Positions 25,853-36,884 of a stretch of DNA of 64,000 nt are shown piece after piece. Location: assembly GCA_037130265.1 (NCBI GenBank), contig JBAXTI010000002.1:26870-90869 (forward strand), given 5' to 3'. The notes under the pieces were generated by a model that was not told the origin of the DNA, made no database searches, and worked only from the letters and a program-made list of their open reading frames with translations. Within the stretch, counting starts at the first letter, position 1; each line of letters starts with the position of its first letter. The stretch comes from a bacterium. GTDB lineage: Bacteria > Patescibacteriota > Minisyncoccia > Phycocordibacterales > JBBTRF01. Position numbers and translations under genes: made by a program.

Positions 25853-28453
25853 ATGAAACCGACTGTTTTAGAGCGATTTGGCAAGCTATTTGGTGATGAC
25901 AACGAGAAAGCCTTGAAAAAGGTGCGTCTTTTGGTGCCCAAAATCAACGCCCTTGAGCCGGAAATAGAGAAGTTGACCAATGAGCAGCTCAAGGCAAAAA
26001 CAGCTGAATTTAAAGCACGTGTGGTGGCAGCGGGAGAAACTAGCGAGGCTCGAAAGGCTGCTCTAGATGCGTTGATTCCAGAAGCCTTCGCTGTTGTTCG
26101 TGAGGCGTCCCGTCGTACCCTCGGCCAGCGACATTTTGATGTTCAGCTAGTGGGCGGTGCGATTATCCACGGCGGGGGTATTGCGGAAATGCGTACCGGC
26201 GAGGGCAAGACCTTGGTGGCGACCTTGCCGGCATATTTGAATGCCCTCGCCGGTAAGGGCGTGCACGTGGTGACCGTAAACGACTACCTTTCTCGGCGAG
26301 ATGCGGTGTGGATGGGCAAGATTTATTCATTCCTTGGTCTATCGGTGAGTGTGCTCAATCACGAAACGTCTTATTTGTATGATCCAGCGCATGTCGCGCC
26401 GACCCAAACTGAAGCCGAAGTGCTCGAGAAGAAGGAAAGTGAACAAGGATTTTTCAAGGTGGTGCATGAATTCATGCGACCATGTAGCCGACGCGACGCG
26501 TATCTCGCTGATATTACTTATGGTACCAATCACGAATTCGGTTTCGATTATCTGCGCGACAATATTGAGTATGAATCAAAAATGCTCCGTCAGCGGGCGC
26601 CGTTCTGTGCCATCGTCGACGAGATCGATTCTATTTTGATCGACGAAGCGCGTACACCGCTTATTATCTCCGCGCCATCACGCGACTCTGGAGAAATGTA
26701 TGCGCAGTTTGCAAAGATTGCCACCACTCTCGAGCAAGAGACCGATTATACTGTCGACGAAAAATTCCGCTCGATTTCTTTGACCGATGCAGGTATTACT
26801 AAAGCCGAGAAGGCTCTCGGTGTCGACAATATTTATACTGAAAAAGGCATCGCCTATGTACATCATCTCGAGACGGCAGTACGAGCGAAGGCGCTGTATC
26901 ATCGCGAGAAGGAGTATGTGGTGAAAGATGGTGAGGTAATGATTGTGGATGAATTCACTGGTCGTCTTCAGCCTGGCCGCCGATGGTCCGAAGGATTGCA
27001 TCAGGCTGTCGAAGCAAAAGAAGGCGTGAAAGTACAGCAGGAATCTCGCACCTATGCTTCGATCACGTATCAAAATCTCTTCCGATTGTACCCAAAACTT
27101 TCCGGTATGACCGGTACTGCACTTACCTCAAAAGAGGAGTTTTTCAAAGTGTATGGATTGGAGACTGTTTCAATCCCAACCCATCGCGAGATCACGCGAA
27201 AGGATCACAACGACCAGATCTTCCAGACTGAGGCGGGGAAGTTTCAGGCGATTGCGCGCAAGGTGAAGGAGCTCAACACCAAAGGACAGCCGGTGCTCAT
27301 TGGTACGGTATCGATCGAGAAAAATCAGCTCTTGTCGGCCTTTTTGAAGCAGGAAGGTGTGAAGCATGAGTTGTTGAATGCGAAGCCCGAATACGCGGAG
27401 CGAGAGGGCGAGATCGTGGCACAGGCGGGCAAGCGCGGTGCGGTGACCATTTCGACCAACATGGCCGGCCGAGGCGTGGATATTAAATTGGGCGGTGCTA
27501 CCGCAACACCCGCTGAATACGAAGAAGTGAAGGCGCTCGGTGGTTTGTTTGTGCTCGGTACTGAGCGCCATGAAGCGCGTCGCATCGACAACCAGCTTCG
27601 AGGTCGCGCCGGCCGACAAGGTGACCCAGGAGACACGCAGTTCTTCGTCTCACTTGAGGACAATTTGATGCGTATTTTTGCTTCGGACACCGTGAAGAAG
27701 ATGATGGGCCGTTTGAATATTCCGGAAGATCAGGCGATCGAAAATATCATCATCACCAAATCGCTTGAAAGTGCACAGACGAAGATCGAAGGTTTTCATT
27801 TTGACGCCCGAAAGCAGGTGCTCGAATATGATGATGTGTTGAATCTTCAGCGATTGAGTATTTACGAGAAGCGCCGAAAAGTTTTGCTCGGTTCGCAATC
27901 TGATGTAGATGCCGCGCTCGAACAGTACGTCGCCGATTCTGGATCTGTCGAATTGGCTGAGGCGATCCGCAAAGTGATAGCAGAAAAGCGTGAGAAGCTC
28001 GGCGAGGCGGAATTTTATGCCACGATCCGCCGCTTGTTGCTCCAATCGGCCGACCTTTTCTGGGTGGAGCATCTCGAGGCGATGGATTATATCCGATCAA
28101 GTGTACGTTTACGTGCGTATGGTCAGCGTGATCCGCTCGTGGAATACAAGAAGGAGGGTTTGTTGTTGTTCAAGCAGATGGGGCTCAGTGTTCGCGAGCA
28201 GGTGTTGAAGCTGTTGCCAAACATTGGCGCTGGTGCCTTTGTGGCCGACGAAAAAGCGATGCGTGAAACACAGAAAAAGATGCATTTGGTCAGTGGCGAT
28301 GAGTCTGCGCCGGCCAATGCTGCGGCCTCGGCGGCAAATGCTGGAAGGACTGCGGGCGGTGGCGCTGCCGACGGCACCTTCGCCAAAGTCGGCCGAAACG
28401 ACGATTGTCCTTGTGGTAGCGGGAAGAAGTACAAGAAGTGTCATGGGCAGTAA
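25853..28453 (+). CDS. secA: preprotein translocase ATPase SecA
   Basis: 'MRTGEGKTLVATLPAYLNAL', 'TNMAGRGVDIKLGG' and the C-terminal zinc finger 'CPCGSGKKYKKCHGQ' are present. The ATG at 25853 is preferred over the TTG at 25796, which would overlap murB. Confidence 0.95.
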   Translation: MKPTVLERFGKLFGDDNEKALKKVRLLVPKINALEPEIEKLTNEQLKAKTAEFKARVVAAGETSEARKAALDALIPEAFAVVREASRRTLGQRHFDVQLVGGAIIHGGGIAEMRTGEGKTLVATLPAYLNALAGKGVHVVTVNDYLSRRDAVWMGKIYSFLGLSVSVLNHETSYLYDPAHVAPTQTEAEVLEKKESEQGFFKVVHEFMRPCSRRDAYLADITYGTNHEFGFDYLRDNIEYESKMLRQRAPFCAIVDEIDSILIDEARTPLIISAPSRDSGEMYAQFAKIATTLEQETDYTVDEKFRSISLTDAGITKAEKALGVDNIYTEKGIAYVHHLETAVRAKALYHREKEYVVKDGEVMIVDEFTGRLQPGRRWSEGLHQAVEAKEGVKVQQESRTYASITYQNLFRLYPKLSGMTGTALTSKEEFFKVYGLETVSIPTHREITRKDHNDQIFQTEAGKFQAIARKVKELNTKGQPVLIGTVSIEKNQLLSAFLKQEGVKHELLNAKPEYAEREGEIVAQAGKRGAVTISTNMAGRGVDIKLGGATATPAEYEEVKALGGLFVLGTERHEARRIDNQLRGRAGRQGDPGDTQFFVSLEDNLMRIFASDTVKKMMGRLNIPEDQAIENIIITKSLESAQTKIEGFHFDARKQVLEYDDVLNLQRLSIYEKRRKVLLGSQSDVDAALEQYVADSGSVELAEAIRKVIAEKREKLGEAEFYATIRRLLLQSADLFWVEHLEAMDYIRSSVRLRAYGQRDPLVEYKKEGLLLFKQMGLSVREQVLKLLPNIGAGAFVADEKAMRETQKKMHLVSGDESAPANAAASAANAGRTAGGGAADGTFAKVGRNDDCPCGSGKKYKKCHGQ

Positions 28454-28459
28454 AAAGTA

Positions 28460-29545
28460 ATGTCCGAACAAACTCACGACTGGAAATTCTATCTCACCTC
28501 GGCGGAGGCCTGGGAGGGGATGTTGTCTGTGTGCGAGCAGGCAAAGTCCTCGATCGATTTTGAAGAGTTTATTTTTGAGAATGATGCTGTGGGGGCGCGC
28601 TTTGCGGAGGTGCTTTCACGCAAAGCGCGCGAGGGCGTTCGTGTCCGCCTACTCATCGATATGGTCGGTAGTCTTTTCTTGCTTGGTGCACTGATTATCA
28701 ATCAGATGCGCGACGCGGGTGTCGAGGTGGTCTTTTTTAGTCCGGTTCGCCCTTGGAAATTTTTGCGTTTCAAAGTGTGGCTCCTGCGTGACCATCGCAA
28801 GCTCATGATAGTGGATCGTCACGTCGGCTTTGTTGGTGGGGTTTGTGTCGGCGAGCGCTATGCGGATTGGCGCGACACTTTTGTGCGCATCGAGGGGGCT
28901 ATCGTTGTACATATTCAGGAGGCTTTTGATCATATGTGGTGGACAGCGAAGAAAGATTCCGAAAAAGTGTTTCGTTTTCCGGAACATCGTACAACCGAAG
29001 ATGGTTTTCGTCTGCTCACGAATGCTCCGCATGCTCGCCAGCGCTTCATCAATTCGACCTTTGTGGACGTGATGCGCAACGCGAAACGCTCACTGTATCT
29101 CACTACGCCGTATTTTGTACCTGATCGAAAGTTCTTCCGTGTGCTCCGTCTCGCGGCTCGCCGTGGCGTGGATGTGCGGCTGTTGCTCCCCGAACGCTCG
29201 GATCACCCGTACGTGGATCTGGCATCGAACGCTCACTTCCGCAAAGCGCTGAAGTCTGGCGTGCGCATCTATCGGTATCCGAAGGTGATGATCCATTCCA
29301 AGACGATGATTGTGGATGACGAATGGTGTTCGGTGGGTAGTGCAAACCTCGATAACCTTAGCTCGTTTTCGAATTATGAGCTCAATCTCACCTCCGTGGA
29401 ACGTCGTTTTGTTGAAGAATTGCGGAATCAGTTTTTGGGCGATATCGCCGGCGCCAAAGAGGTGAAAGCCGAGGAATGGAAGAACCGCCCGGCCATCTTG
29501 AAGTTGCTCGAAACCCTCTGTTTGCCATTTGGTAGGTTCTTTTGA
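28460..29545 (+). CDS. phospholipase D / cardiolipin synthase family protein (two HKD motifs, no N-terminal TM)
   Basis: 'HRKLMIVD' and 'HSKTMIVDDEWCSVGSANLD' are the HKD motifs. It starts 6 nt after the secA stop. Confidence 0.8.
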   Translation: MSEQTHDWKFYLTSAEAWEGMLSVCEQAKSSIDFEEFIFENDAVGARFAEVLSRKAREGVRVRLLIDMVGSLFLLGALIINQMRDAGVEVVFFSPVRPWKFLRFKVWLLRDHRKLMIVDRHVGFVGGVCVGERYADWRDTFVRIEGAIVVHIQEAFDHMWWTAKKDSEKVFRFPEHRTTEDGFRLLTNAPHARQRFINSTFVDVMRNAKRSLYLTTPYFVPDRKFFRVLRLAARRGVDVRLLLPERSDHPYVDLASNAHFRKALKSGVRIYRYPKVMIHSKTMIVDDEWCSVGSANLDNLSSFSNYELNLTSVERRFVEELRNQFLGDIAGAKEVKAEEWKNRPAILKLLETLCLPFGRFF

Positions 29546-29591
29546 TATGATTCTCCTCGCACTCTCGATTTTGAGATGTCGCGCTGTTTAG

Positions 29592-30986
<1,395 letters not shown>

Positions 30987-31078
30987 TTAGGACATGCACG
31001 AGTCTTTTTTGGTCTTGCGTCTTTCTAATGGTTCGTCTATAATAATACTACTCTAGCCGTAAATCCGGCTCCGAGATT

Positions 31079-31108
31079 CCTCCCAGCGATGGGAGGTTTC
31101 GTTTTTTT
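31079..31108 (+). terminator. rho-independent terminator candidate after eno
   Basis: The hairpin CCTCCCAGCGATGGGAGG is followed by TTTCGTTTTTTT. Confidence 0.55.
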
Positions 31109-31505
31109 AGAAACTGCTCTTAATACTTTCCAATAATTTTTCAAAAGGATTTAGGTCCATCCTCCACATTTTTCGCAAAAGTCTCTGAGCACTTATTGTT
31201 CGTAATTGTGAAAAGATGATCCCTCGATACACTCCTTCATGAAGATGTTTGTAGATGTAACGATCGTCCTTTTCTTTTCCTGTCAGCGGAGCGATCAGAA
31301 GCTTGTCCTTATTATATTTTTTCAAGACGATGACAGGTCTCTCGAATTTTTCATGCTTTCCATCCTCCTCTCTTCCAACGTTAACGCCCAAGCTCGCCCA
31401 CCACACCTCGCGTACATTGAAAGGGGTAGAAAATTGAGCATGGTTAAGCTCTTTCTTCACGATATTCCACCTGTCGAAATCTTTCAGGTATTCCTGCGGG
31501 TTCAT
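31107..31505 (-). CDS. PemK/MazF-family endoribonuclease toxin-like protein with ~30-aa N-terminal extension; no adjacent antitoxin ORF
   Basis: 'VREVWWASLGVNVGREEDGK..ERPVIVL..LLIAPLTGK...SQLRTISAQRL' aligns motif-by-motif with MazF/EndoA (GDVYFADLSPVVGSEQGG..RPVLVIQ...IVAAIT...EQIRTIDKQRL). Confidence 0.65.
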   Translation of the reverse strand: MNPQEYLKDFDRWNIVKKELNHAQFSTPFNVREVWWASLGVNVGREEDGKHEKFERPVIVLKKYNKDKLLIAPLTGKEKDDRYIYKHLHEGVYRGIIFSQLRTISAQRLLRKMWRMDLNPFEKLLESIKSSF

Positions 31506-31527
31506 CTATCTAGCCTAACAAAACAGC

Positions 31528-31563
31528 GATAAAGAAACTGCTAAAAAAGGCTAAAGAAATACC
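31528..31563 (-). promoter_or_regulatory. two TTTCTTTA-type direct repeats about 22 bp apart upstream of the PemK-like gene
   Basis: The minus strand reads GGTATTTCTTTAGCC...CAGTTTCTTTATCGC. The same motif family recurs upstream of the second PemK-like paralog at 63813-63869. Confidence 0.35.
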
Positions 31564-31584
31564 TAATTTTTGTTAAAGGAATCA

Positions 31585-31623
31585 TTAAAATAAAAAACGC
31601 ACGGAGAACTAAATCTCCGCGCG
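31585..31623 (-). terminator. rho-independent terminator candidate for the MFS gene
   Basis: On the minus strand the hairpin CGCGCGGAGA-TTTAGT-TCTCCGTGCG is followed by TTTTTTATTTT. Confidence 0.5.
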
Positions 31624-31653
31624 TTTGCGTTTTCTCTCGATGTTACTCGAACG

Positions 31654-32874
31654 CTACTCCCGCAGCTTCCGATACCTTCGGCACAGCCACCAGGCGCCGA
31701 GCGCGAGCGAGGCGCCTGACCAAGCCCATGTCACAGGAATTCCGGCATATTTTGCCGAAAGTCCGGAGAGTCCTAGGCCGATTGCCCCGCCAATATGGTG
31801 TGCCATCTTTGCACAAGACTCTGTCGTTGCACGGATTTCCGAGTCGGTGATCATGCGATGTATTGTCGTCTGAGAGACAGGTCCAAACACGCCTCGAGGT
31901 ATCTGGCTCAGGGTGAACAAGATCAACGAGAAGGGGAAGGGGCAGACCGCACTTGCTATGACCAATATGCCTGTCCACACCATTGACCTCTTCAATGTCG
32001 AGATAGGCTCTGTTTTTGTGCCACCGAAACGCAGGGCGACCTCACCCCCGACAGCACCACAGACCATCCACAGGCTCAAGAGACCCGCAAGCCAAAACAC
32101 AGACACGTGTTCTTTGAAGAGTGGCTGCCAGAGCATGTTGGTGCCCATACAAGCGAACGATTGTATGGCTGAGAGGAGTGCGAGTGTTCTAATCGTCGGG
32201 TCTTTCCGCGCGAAGGTGACACTGGCGCAAACTTTTCGTTTTAGTTCAACCCAGTGCGCGCGTATCGCGTGCGACTTGCGGACGAAGTAGTTTTCCTGCA
32301 TCAGGTATTTTGCAAGTATGGCGTGCCCGAGCATGAGGATGCCACTGACAATCCAACAGCCGGGCGGATAGAGCGAATATATCCATGCGCCGGTGAGGCT
32401 GCCGAAGATCCCGAACACGACCCCCACGCTATTTTCTCGTGTGAACAGGCGTGCTTTGTATGCCTCAAGTTCATCGCCACTCATGCCGGCATGTTTCAAG
32501 CTGTCTACTAGCCAAGCGCCGAAGGCACCCGACACGCAGGTGCTGCCGATCGCCAAGATCGCTTCGGCTGTGGCGAATCCAATGAAGGAGTCGGACAATC
32601 CGTAGATGATGAGACCAAGTGACCACAGGAGACTCGCCAACACATACAATGATTTTCGTCCGAACGTGTCAGCGTAAGCGCCGGTCGGTATTTCTGCCAG
32701 AAAAAGTGTGCAGAAGAACGCGATGTTAACGCCGTTGGCGAGGGCGTAGTCGTGCAGGTGGTTCATCAGGAAGTCCATATAGACTGCTCCGTGAAATGAA
32801 CTACCGCAAAACGTGCCAACGCCTTCGAGCCCGAGGTAGAGTAGGCCGATCTGTCGAGGTGAATGCTGTTTCAT
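31654..32874 (-). CDS. MFS transporter
   Basis: Twelve TM helices are predicted. 'GAYADTFGRK' matches the MFS motif A region between TM2 and TM3. Confidence 0.8.
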   Translation of the reverse strand: MKQHSPRQIGLLYLGLEGVGTFCGSSFHGAVYMDFLMNHLHDYALANGVNIAFFCTLFLAEIPTGAYADTFGRKSLYVLASLLWSLGLIIYGLSDSFIGFATAEAILAIGSTCVSGAFGAWLVDSLKHAGMSGDELEAYKARLFTRENSVGVVFGIFGSLTGAWIYSLYPPGCWIVSGILMLGHAILAKYLMQENYFVRKSHAIRAHWVELKRKVCASVTFARKDPTIRTLALLSAIQSFACMGTNMLWQPLFKEHVSVFWLAGLLSLWMVCGAVGGEVALRFGGTKTEPISTLKRSMVWTGILVIASAVCPFPFSLILFTLSQIPRGVFGPVSQTTIHRMITDSEIRATTESCAKMAHHIGGAIGLGLSGLSAKYAGIPVTWAWSGASLALGAWWLCRRYRKLRE

Positions 32875-32945
32875 AACGATGTGACCGCTGTATTTTGTTG
32901 TGAAGAACTACACGGCCGCAAGATCATTCTTGCTAGTTGAACCGT

Positions 32946-32990
32946 ACTGAACGCGGAACGAAAAATCCCGACTTCGTTCAGTCGGGATTT
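32946..32990. promoter_or_regulatory. perfect 11-bp inverted repeat (AAATCCCGACT-tcgttc-AGTCGGGATTT) with an overlapping alternative 8-bp inverted repeat, in the divergent MFS/gpmI intergenic region
   Basis: Read directly. ACTGAACG (32946-32953) pairs with CGTTCAGT (32975-32982) as a mutually exclusive alternative structure. Confidence 0.3.
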
Positions 32991-33227
32991 GTCTAAATGG
33001 TATTGGTCTCAGAATTACTGATTACAATAGGGATTTACACACATTGCGACTGAATAAAATGGGCTGTCGGTGTCCTTTCGGGACGCGACAAAGGCGCCAT
33101 AGAGGGTGGCGTTTGATCCAATATTCATATGTTCGCATGGGTAATGCATGGGGCGAATTATAGCACTTATCAATACTAAAGTCAACACTAGAAATGCGAA
33201 GCGAATACGAGGTAGAATAGATGTTCT

Positions 33228-34844
33228 ATGATACAAAAAAAGACCCAAGTCACCCTCATTATCCTCGACGGTTGGGGCTATCGAGAAGACTCGAAAGATA
33301 ATGCAATCGCATCGGCAAAGACGCCGAACTTCACGCGACTGTGGAATGCCTCGCCACATGCGTTGCTCCAGGCGAGCGGTGAATATGTCGGTTTGCCAGA
33401 TGGGCAGATGGGCAATAGTGAGATCGGCCACGCCACGATTGGTGCGGGAAAAGTGATCGACACCGAGCTTGTGCGTATCGGCAAGGCAATCCGTACTGGC
33501 GAGTTCGACAAGAATCCTGCTTTCATCGCGCTCTTCGATCATGTCAAAAAGAATCACTCGACACTGCACGTGCAGGGGCTGCTTTCCGATGGCGGAGTAC
33601 ATAGCCATCAGGAGCACCTTTACGCATTTTTGAAGGCCGCGAAGAAAAATGGTGTCACTCGTGTTGCTATTCACGCTTTCACCGACGGTCGAGACACGCC
33701 ACCTCAGAGTGCGGCGAAGTATTTGAAGAATCTCGAAAAGGTTCTCGCCGAAGTCGGCGTTGGTTTTATCGCGACAGTGTCTGGCCGATTCTACGCGATG
33801 GATCGCGACAACAATTGGGACCGTCTCGCCAAGGCAGAGCAGGCGATGTTTGAATGCAAGGGCAATGTCTGCACGATCAAGCCGTCGGCACATGTGGAGG
33901 CGCTCTACAAGCAGGGCAAGCTCGACGAACATCTTGAGCCGATCGTGTGCATGGGTCTCAGTGCCGATGGGTCCGAGGGTTCAGGGCCAGGTGCAAACGG
34001 CTGTGCTATCGAGGAAAACGACGCGGTCCTCTTCTTCAACTTCCGCGCTGACCGTGCACGCATGCTCTCACAGAAAATGCTCGAGAAGCAAGCGAAGAAC
34101 AATGTCTGCTTCGCTACTTTTACCGAATATTCGACTGAGTTCAAATGTCTCGTGGCGTTTCCGCCAGCGACCATCGAGACTACACTTGCCGGCGAAATTT
34201 CCAAAGCAGGTCTGACCCAGGCCCACATCGCGGAGACTGAAAAATTCCCACATGCTACCTACTTCCTCAACGGCGGACGCGAGGAGCCGTACGCAGGCGA
34301 GCGACATATTATGCTCGCGAGCCGTAAAGATGTGCCAACCCACGACCTCGCACCAAAGATGCGCGCAGAAGCTATTGCTGACAAGGCGATTGAGGAAATC
34401 AGTGCAGGTACGGACTTTATTTTCATCAACTTCGCCAATCCCGACATGGTGGGACACACGGCCAATGTTCCAGCGATCATCGAAGCGATCGAAGAGACCG
34501 ACAAACAGCTCGGCCGAGTGATGGATGCAATTGTTGCGCGTGCTGCCAAGGCGGGTACCAGAAACCTGGCGTTTATTACCGCCGATCACGGCAATGCGGA
34601 GATCAACATTGACCCAATCACCGGCACCAAGCACACTTCGCATACGTTGAGCCCGGTCCCTGCGATTTTGGCTGGCGCAGTGGGGCAGGGCGCGGTTGGA
34701 CAGGCGAGTACGACAAATGACTCGAAAAACGCCGCATCTTTGCCAAAAATCCACGATGGTGGCCTCTCCGATATTGCACCGACTATTCTAGCACTCATGA
34801 ATCTTCCACAGCCTGCGACAATGACAGGAAAAAGTCTGCTATAA
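33228..34844 (+). CDS. gpmI: 2,3-bisphosphoglycerate-independent phosphoglycerate mutase
   Basis: 'LIILDGWGY', 'GNSEIGHATIGAGKV', 'SDGGVHSH' and 'ITADHGNAE' are present. It has a BPG-independent PGM N-terminal domain. Confidence 0.9.
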   Translation: MIQKKTQVTLIILDGWGYREDSKDNAIASAKTPNFTRLWNASPHALLQASGEYVGLPDGQMGNSEIGHATIGAGKVIDTELVRIGKAIRTGEFDKNPAFIALFDHVKKNHSTLHVQGLLSDGGVHSHQEHLYAFLKAAKKNGVTRVAIHAFTDGRDTPPQSAAKYLKNLEKVLAEVGVGFIATVSGRFYAMDRDNNWDRLAKAEQAMFECKGNVCTIKPSAHVEALYKQGKLDEHLEPIVCMGLSADGSEGSGPGANGCAIEENDAVLFFNFRADRARMLSQKMLEKQAKNNVCFATFTEYSTEFKCLVAFPPATIETTLAGEISKAGLTQAHIAETEKFPHATYFLNGGREEPYAGERHIMLASRKDVPTHDLAPKMRAEAIADKAIEEISAGTDFIFINFANPDMVGHTANVPAIIEAIEETDKQLGRVMDAIVARAAKAGTRNLAFITADHGNAEINIDPITGTKHTSHTLSPVPAILAGAVGQGAVGQASTTNDSKNAASLPKIHDGGLSDIAPTILALMNLPQPATMTGKSLL

Positions 34845-34851
34845 TCTGAGC

Positions 34852-35907
34852 ATGTCGATTGCTCCTCCGAATCGTCTCCAACTGAATTTTTTTTACGTTC
34901 TCCTCGCGGTAATTTCTTTGACGTGTGTGCTTATTTTTCTTCCGTACGTCAGCGCGTTGTTTTTGGCGCTGGTGTTGTCGGTGATTTTTTACCCGCTCTA
35001 CCAGAGGCTTCGAAAGATGACATTCGGGTTCGATAGTGTCGCATCGGCGGCGACTGTAGTTTGTATCAGTATTCTTATTTTGGTGCCGTTGAGCATCTTG
35101 CTGTACTTCCTTTTTCAAGAAGTGAAGTCGGTATACAGCTACTTCACCGATGGTGGCGGCAGTGTCGTGTGGGCGGATTATCTCGGCCGAATGCAGGGGT
35201 TGCTCGGCCGTGTGTTGCCTGATAATTTGGTACCAGAAACAACGATTGGTGATTTGGAAAATTATCTCAACCAATTTTATCAGTGGATCGGTGCGCACTT
35301 CCAAGTCATTTTCACCAATGTACTGAGTATCTCCGGCAACCTATTCATTTTCGTTTTAGGATTGTATTTCTTCTTTCGAGATGGTGATAAGTTTCGAAAG
35401 ATGGTGCTCAAATTGTCGCCACTCAATGACCGCTACGACGAAACAATTTTGAGACGAATGGCCGTGTCCGTGAACTCCGTCGTGAAAGGTTCGCTTTTTG
35501 TGGCTGTGTTGCAGGGCGTATTGATGGGTATTGGTTTTTGGGTATTCGGCGTACCGAACCCTGTCCTCTGGGGCATGGTCTCGGTGCTTGTATCGCTGGT
35601 TCCTGGCGTCGGTATTGCAATCACTTTTGTGCCGGCCGCTCTGTATCTCGCACTCTCGCACGGACTCGGTTCAGCGGCCGGCATCTTTATCTGGAGTATG
35701 TGTGTTGTTGGGGTAACAGACAATATTGTCCGCCCACTCATTATCGAGCGTGGTGTGGCGATTCATCCATTCTTGATTCTCCTTTCCGTATTCGGCGGTC
35801 TCGGTCTCTTCGGCATTATCGGCTTCTTGGTAGGTCCAATCATCCTCAGCCTTCTTTTCGTGCTTATGGAAATGTACTCAGACATTGTCACTCCTCGGGC
35901 GGAATAA
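34852..35907 (+). CDS. AI-2E family transporter (PerM/YhhT-like, UPF0118)
   Basis: About 8 TM helices are predicted. 'NIVRPLII' and 'HPFLILLSVFGGLGLFG' are conserved C-terminal motifs. Confidence 0.7.
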   Translation: MSIAPPNRLQLNFFYVLLAVISLTCVLIFLPYVSALFLALVLSVIFYPLYQRLRKMTFGFDSVASAATVVCISILILVPLSILLYFLFQEVKSVYSYFTDGGGSVVWADYLGRMQGLLGRVLPDNLVPETTIGDLENYLNQFYQWIGAHFQVIFTNVLSISGNLFIFVLGLYFFFRDGDKFRKMVLKLSPLNDRYDETILRRMAVSVNSVVKGSLFVAVLQGVLMGIGFWVFGVPNPVLWGMVSVLVSLVPGVGIAITFVPAALYLALSHGLGSAAGIFIWSMCVVGVTDNIVRPLIIERGVAIHPFLILLSVFGGLGLFGIIGFLVGPIILSLLFVLMEMYSDIVTPRAE

Positions 35908-35948
35908 AGATATCCCCAAGTGGCAGGTCGGTATGCTATATTGAGTGG

Positions 35949-36857
35949 ATGAAATGGTTTCAAACAACGTGCATTGTTGCGCATAGTGGCAGTTTCCATC
36001 CCGACGACCTGTTGTCGGTGGCCACACTCCGGGCGCTACTCAAGGCTCGAGGTGTACGCTGTGTGAAGGTGGTGCGTACGCGTGAGCAGTCGGAAATCGC
36101 GAAGGCAGATTTTGTTGTTGATGTCGGTGGAGAATACGATCCTTCACGAAATCGATTTGATCATCACCAGGCCGCAGGTGCCGGTGTGCGGGCAAATGGT
36201 ATTCCGTACGCTTCTTTTGGTTTGGTGTGGAAGGCATATGGTGCAGAGTTGTGCGGTTCGGAGAAAGTGGCAGCCGCGATCGATGGTGAATTGGTGCAGG
36301 TAGTGGACGCGATTGATAACGGTGTGGAAATTTGTTCGTCGGTCATCGGCGATGTGCACCCGTATTCTTTTGGGCACGCACTTTCCGCCTTTTTGCCAAG
36401 CTGGAAAGAGCTCGCCGATACCAAGGTGACAGCAGACACTGCTTTTGCTGAAGCGCTAGTATTCGCTGAGACGGTGCTGACTCGAGAGATCATTCGCACA
36501 AAAGATGCCGAAGAGGGTCGGGTGAATGTGGAGAGGGCGTATCGAGAGGCGGTAGATAAGAGAGTTGTTGTGCTCGATCAGTCCTACGTGTGGGGTGACG
36601 TGCTTCGTGGGTACTCAGAGCCGCTCTACGTAATCTATCCGCAGGGTGGAGAAAAGTGGCATGTAAAGGCAGTGCGCAATGATCCGAATTCATTTAAGAA
36701 TCGCAAGGATTTTCCAGTGTCGTGGGCGGGGAAGCGTGATGCAGAATTCGCCCAATTGACCGGCGTTTCTGATGCGCTCTTTTGCCACAAGAACCTATTT
36801 CTGGCAGTGGCCAGTTCGCTCGAAGGAGCCAAAAAGCTCGCGAAATTGGCCATTTAG
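35949..36857 (+). CDS. MYG1-family (UPF0160) metal-dependent hydrolase
   Basis: 'VAHSGSFHPDDLLSVATLRALL' matches the MYG1 'GTHNGTFHCDEALACALLR' N-terminal motif. The ORF-track N-terminal extension from 35538 overlaps the previous gene in another frame and is rejected. Confidence 0.6.
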   Translation: MKWFQTTCIVAHSGSFHPDDLLSVATLRALLKARGVRCVKVVRTREQSEIAKADFVVDVGGEYDPSRNRFDHHQAAGAGVRANGIPYASFGLVWKAYGAELCGSEKVAAAIDGELVQVVDAIDNGVEICSSVIGDVHPYSFGHALSAFLPSWKELADTKVTADTAFAEALVFAETVLTREIIRTKDAEEGRVNVERAYREAVDKRVVVLDQSYVWGDVLRGYSEPLYVIYPQGGEKWHVKAVRNDPNSFKNRKDFPVSWAGKRDAEFAQLTGVSDALFCHKNLFLAVASSLEGAKKLAKLAI

Positions 36858-36884
36858 GCGTTTTTAACGTATAGTGTTGGAACT

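Noticed and set aside
28460-29545. Considered calling the HKD-motif protein a PLD-family nuclease (Nuc-like) rather than cardiolipin synthase
   Set aside because: The two-HKD, ~360-aa architecture without a signal peptide fits ClsB-type lipid synthases or PLDs as well as nucleases. The sequence alone cannot discriminate, so the generic family call was kept.
35538-35948. N-terminal 137-aa extension of the MYG1-like ORF that overlaps the AI-2E transporter gene in another frame. The same pattern occurs at 62431-62700 upstream of gap, and at 24643-24774 and 25796-25852 upstream of murB and secA.
   Set aside because: The extensions are open-frame artefacts that run through the 3' ends of upstream genes. 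Conserved N-termini (MKWFQTT..HSGSFHPDD; MKKTRVAINGFGRIG; MIVIKKNVPL; MKPTVLERFGKLFG) begin at internal ATGs.
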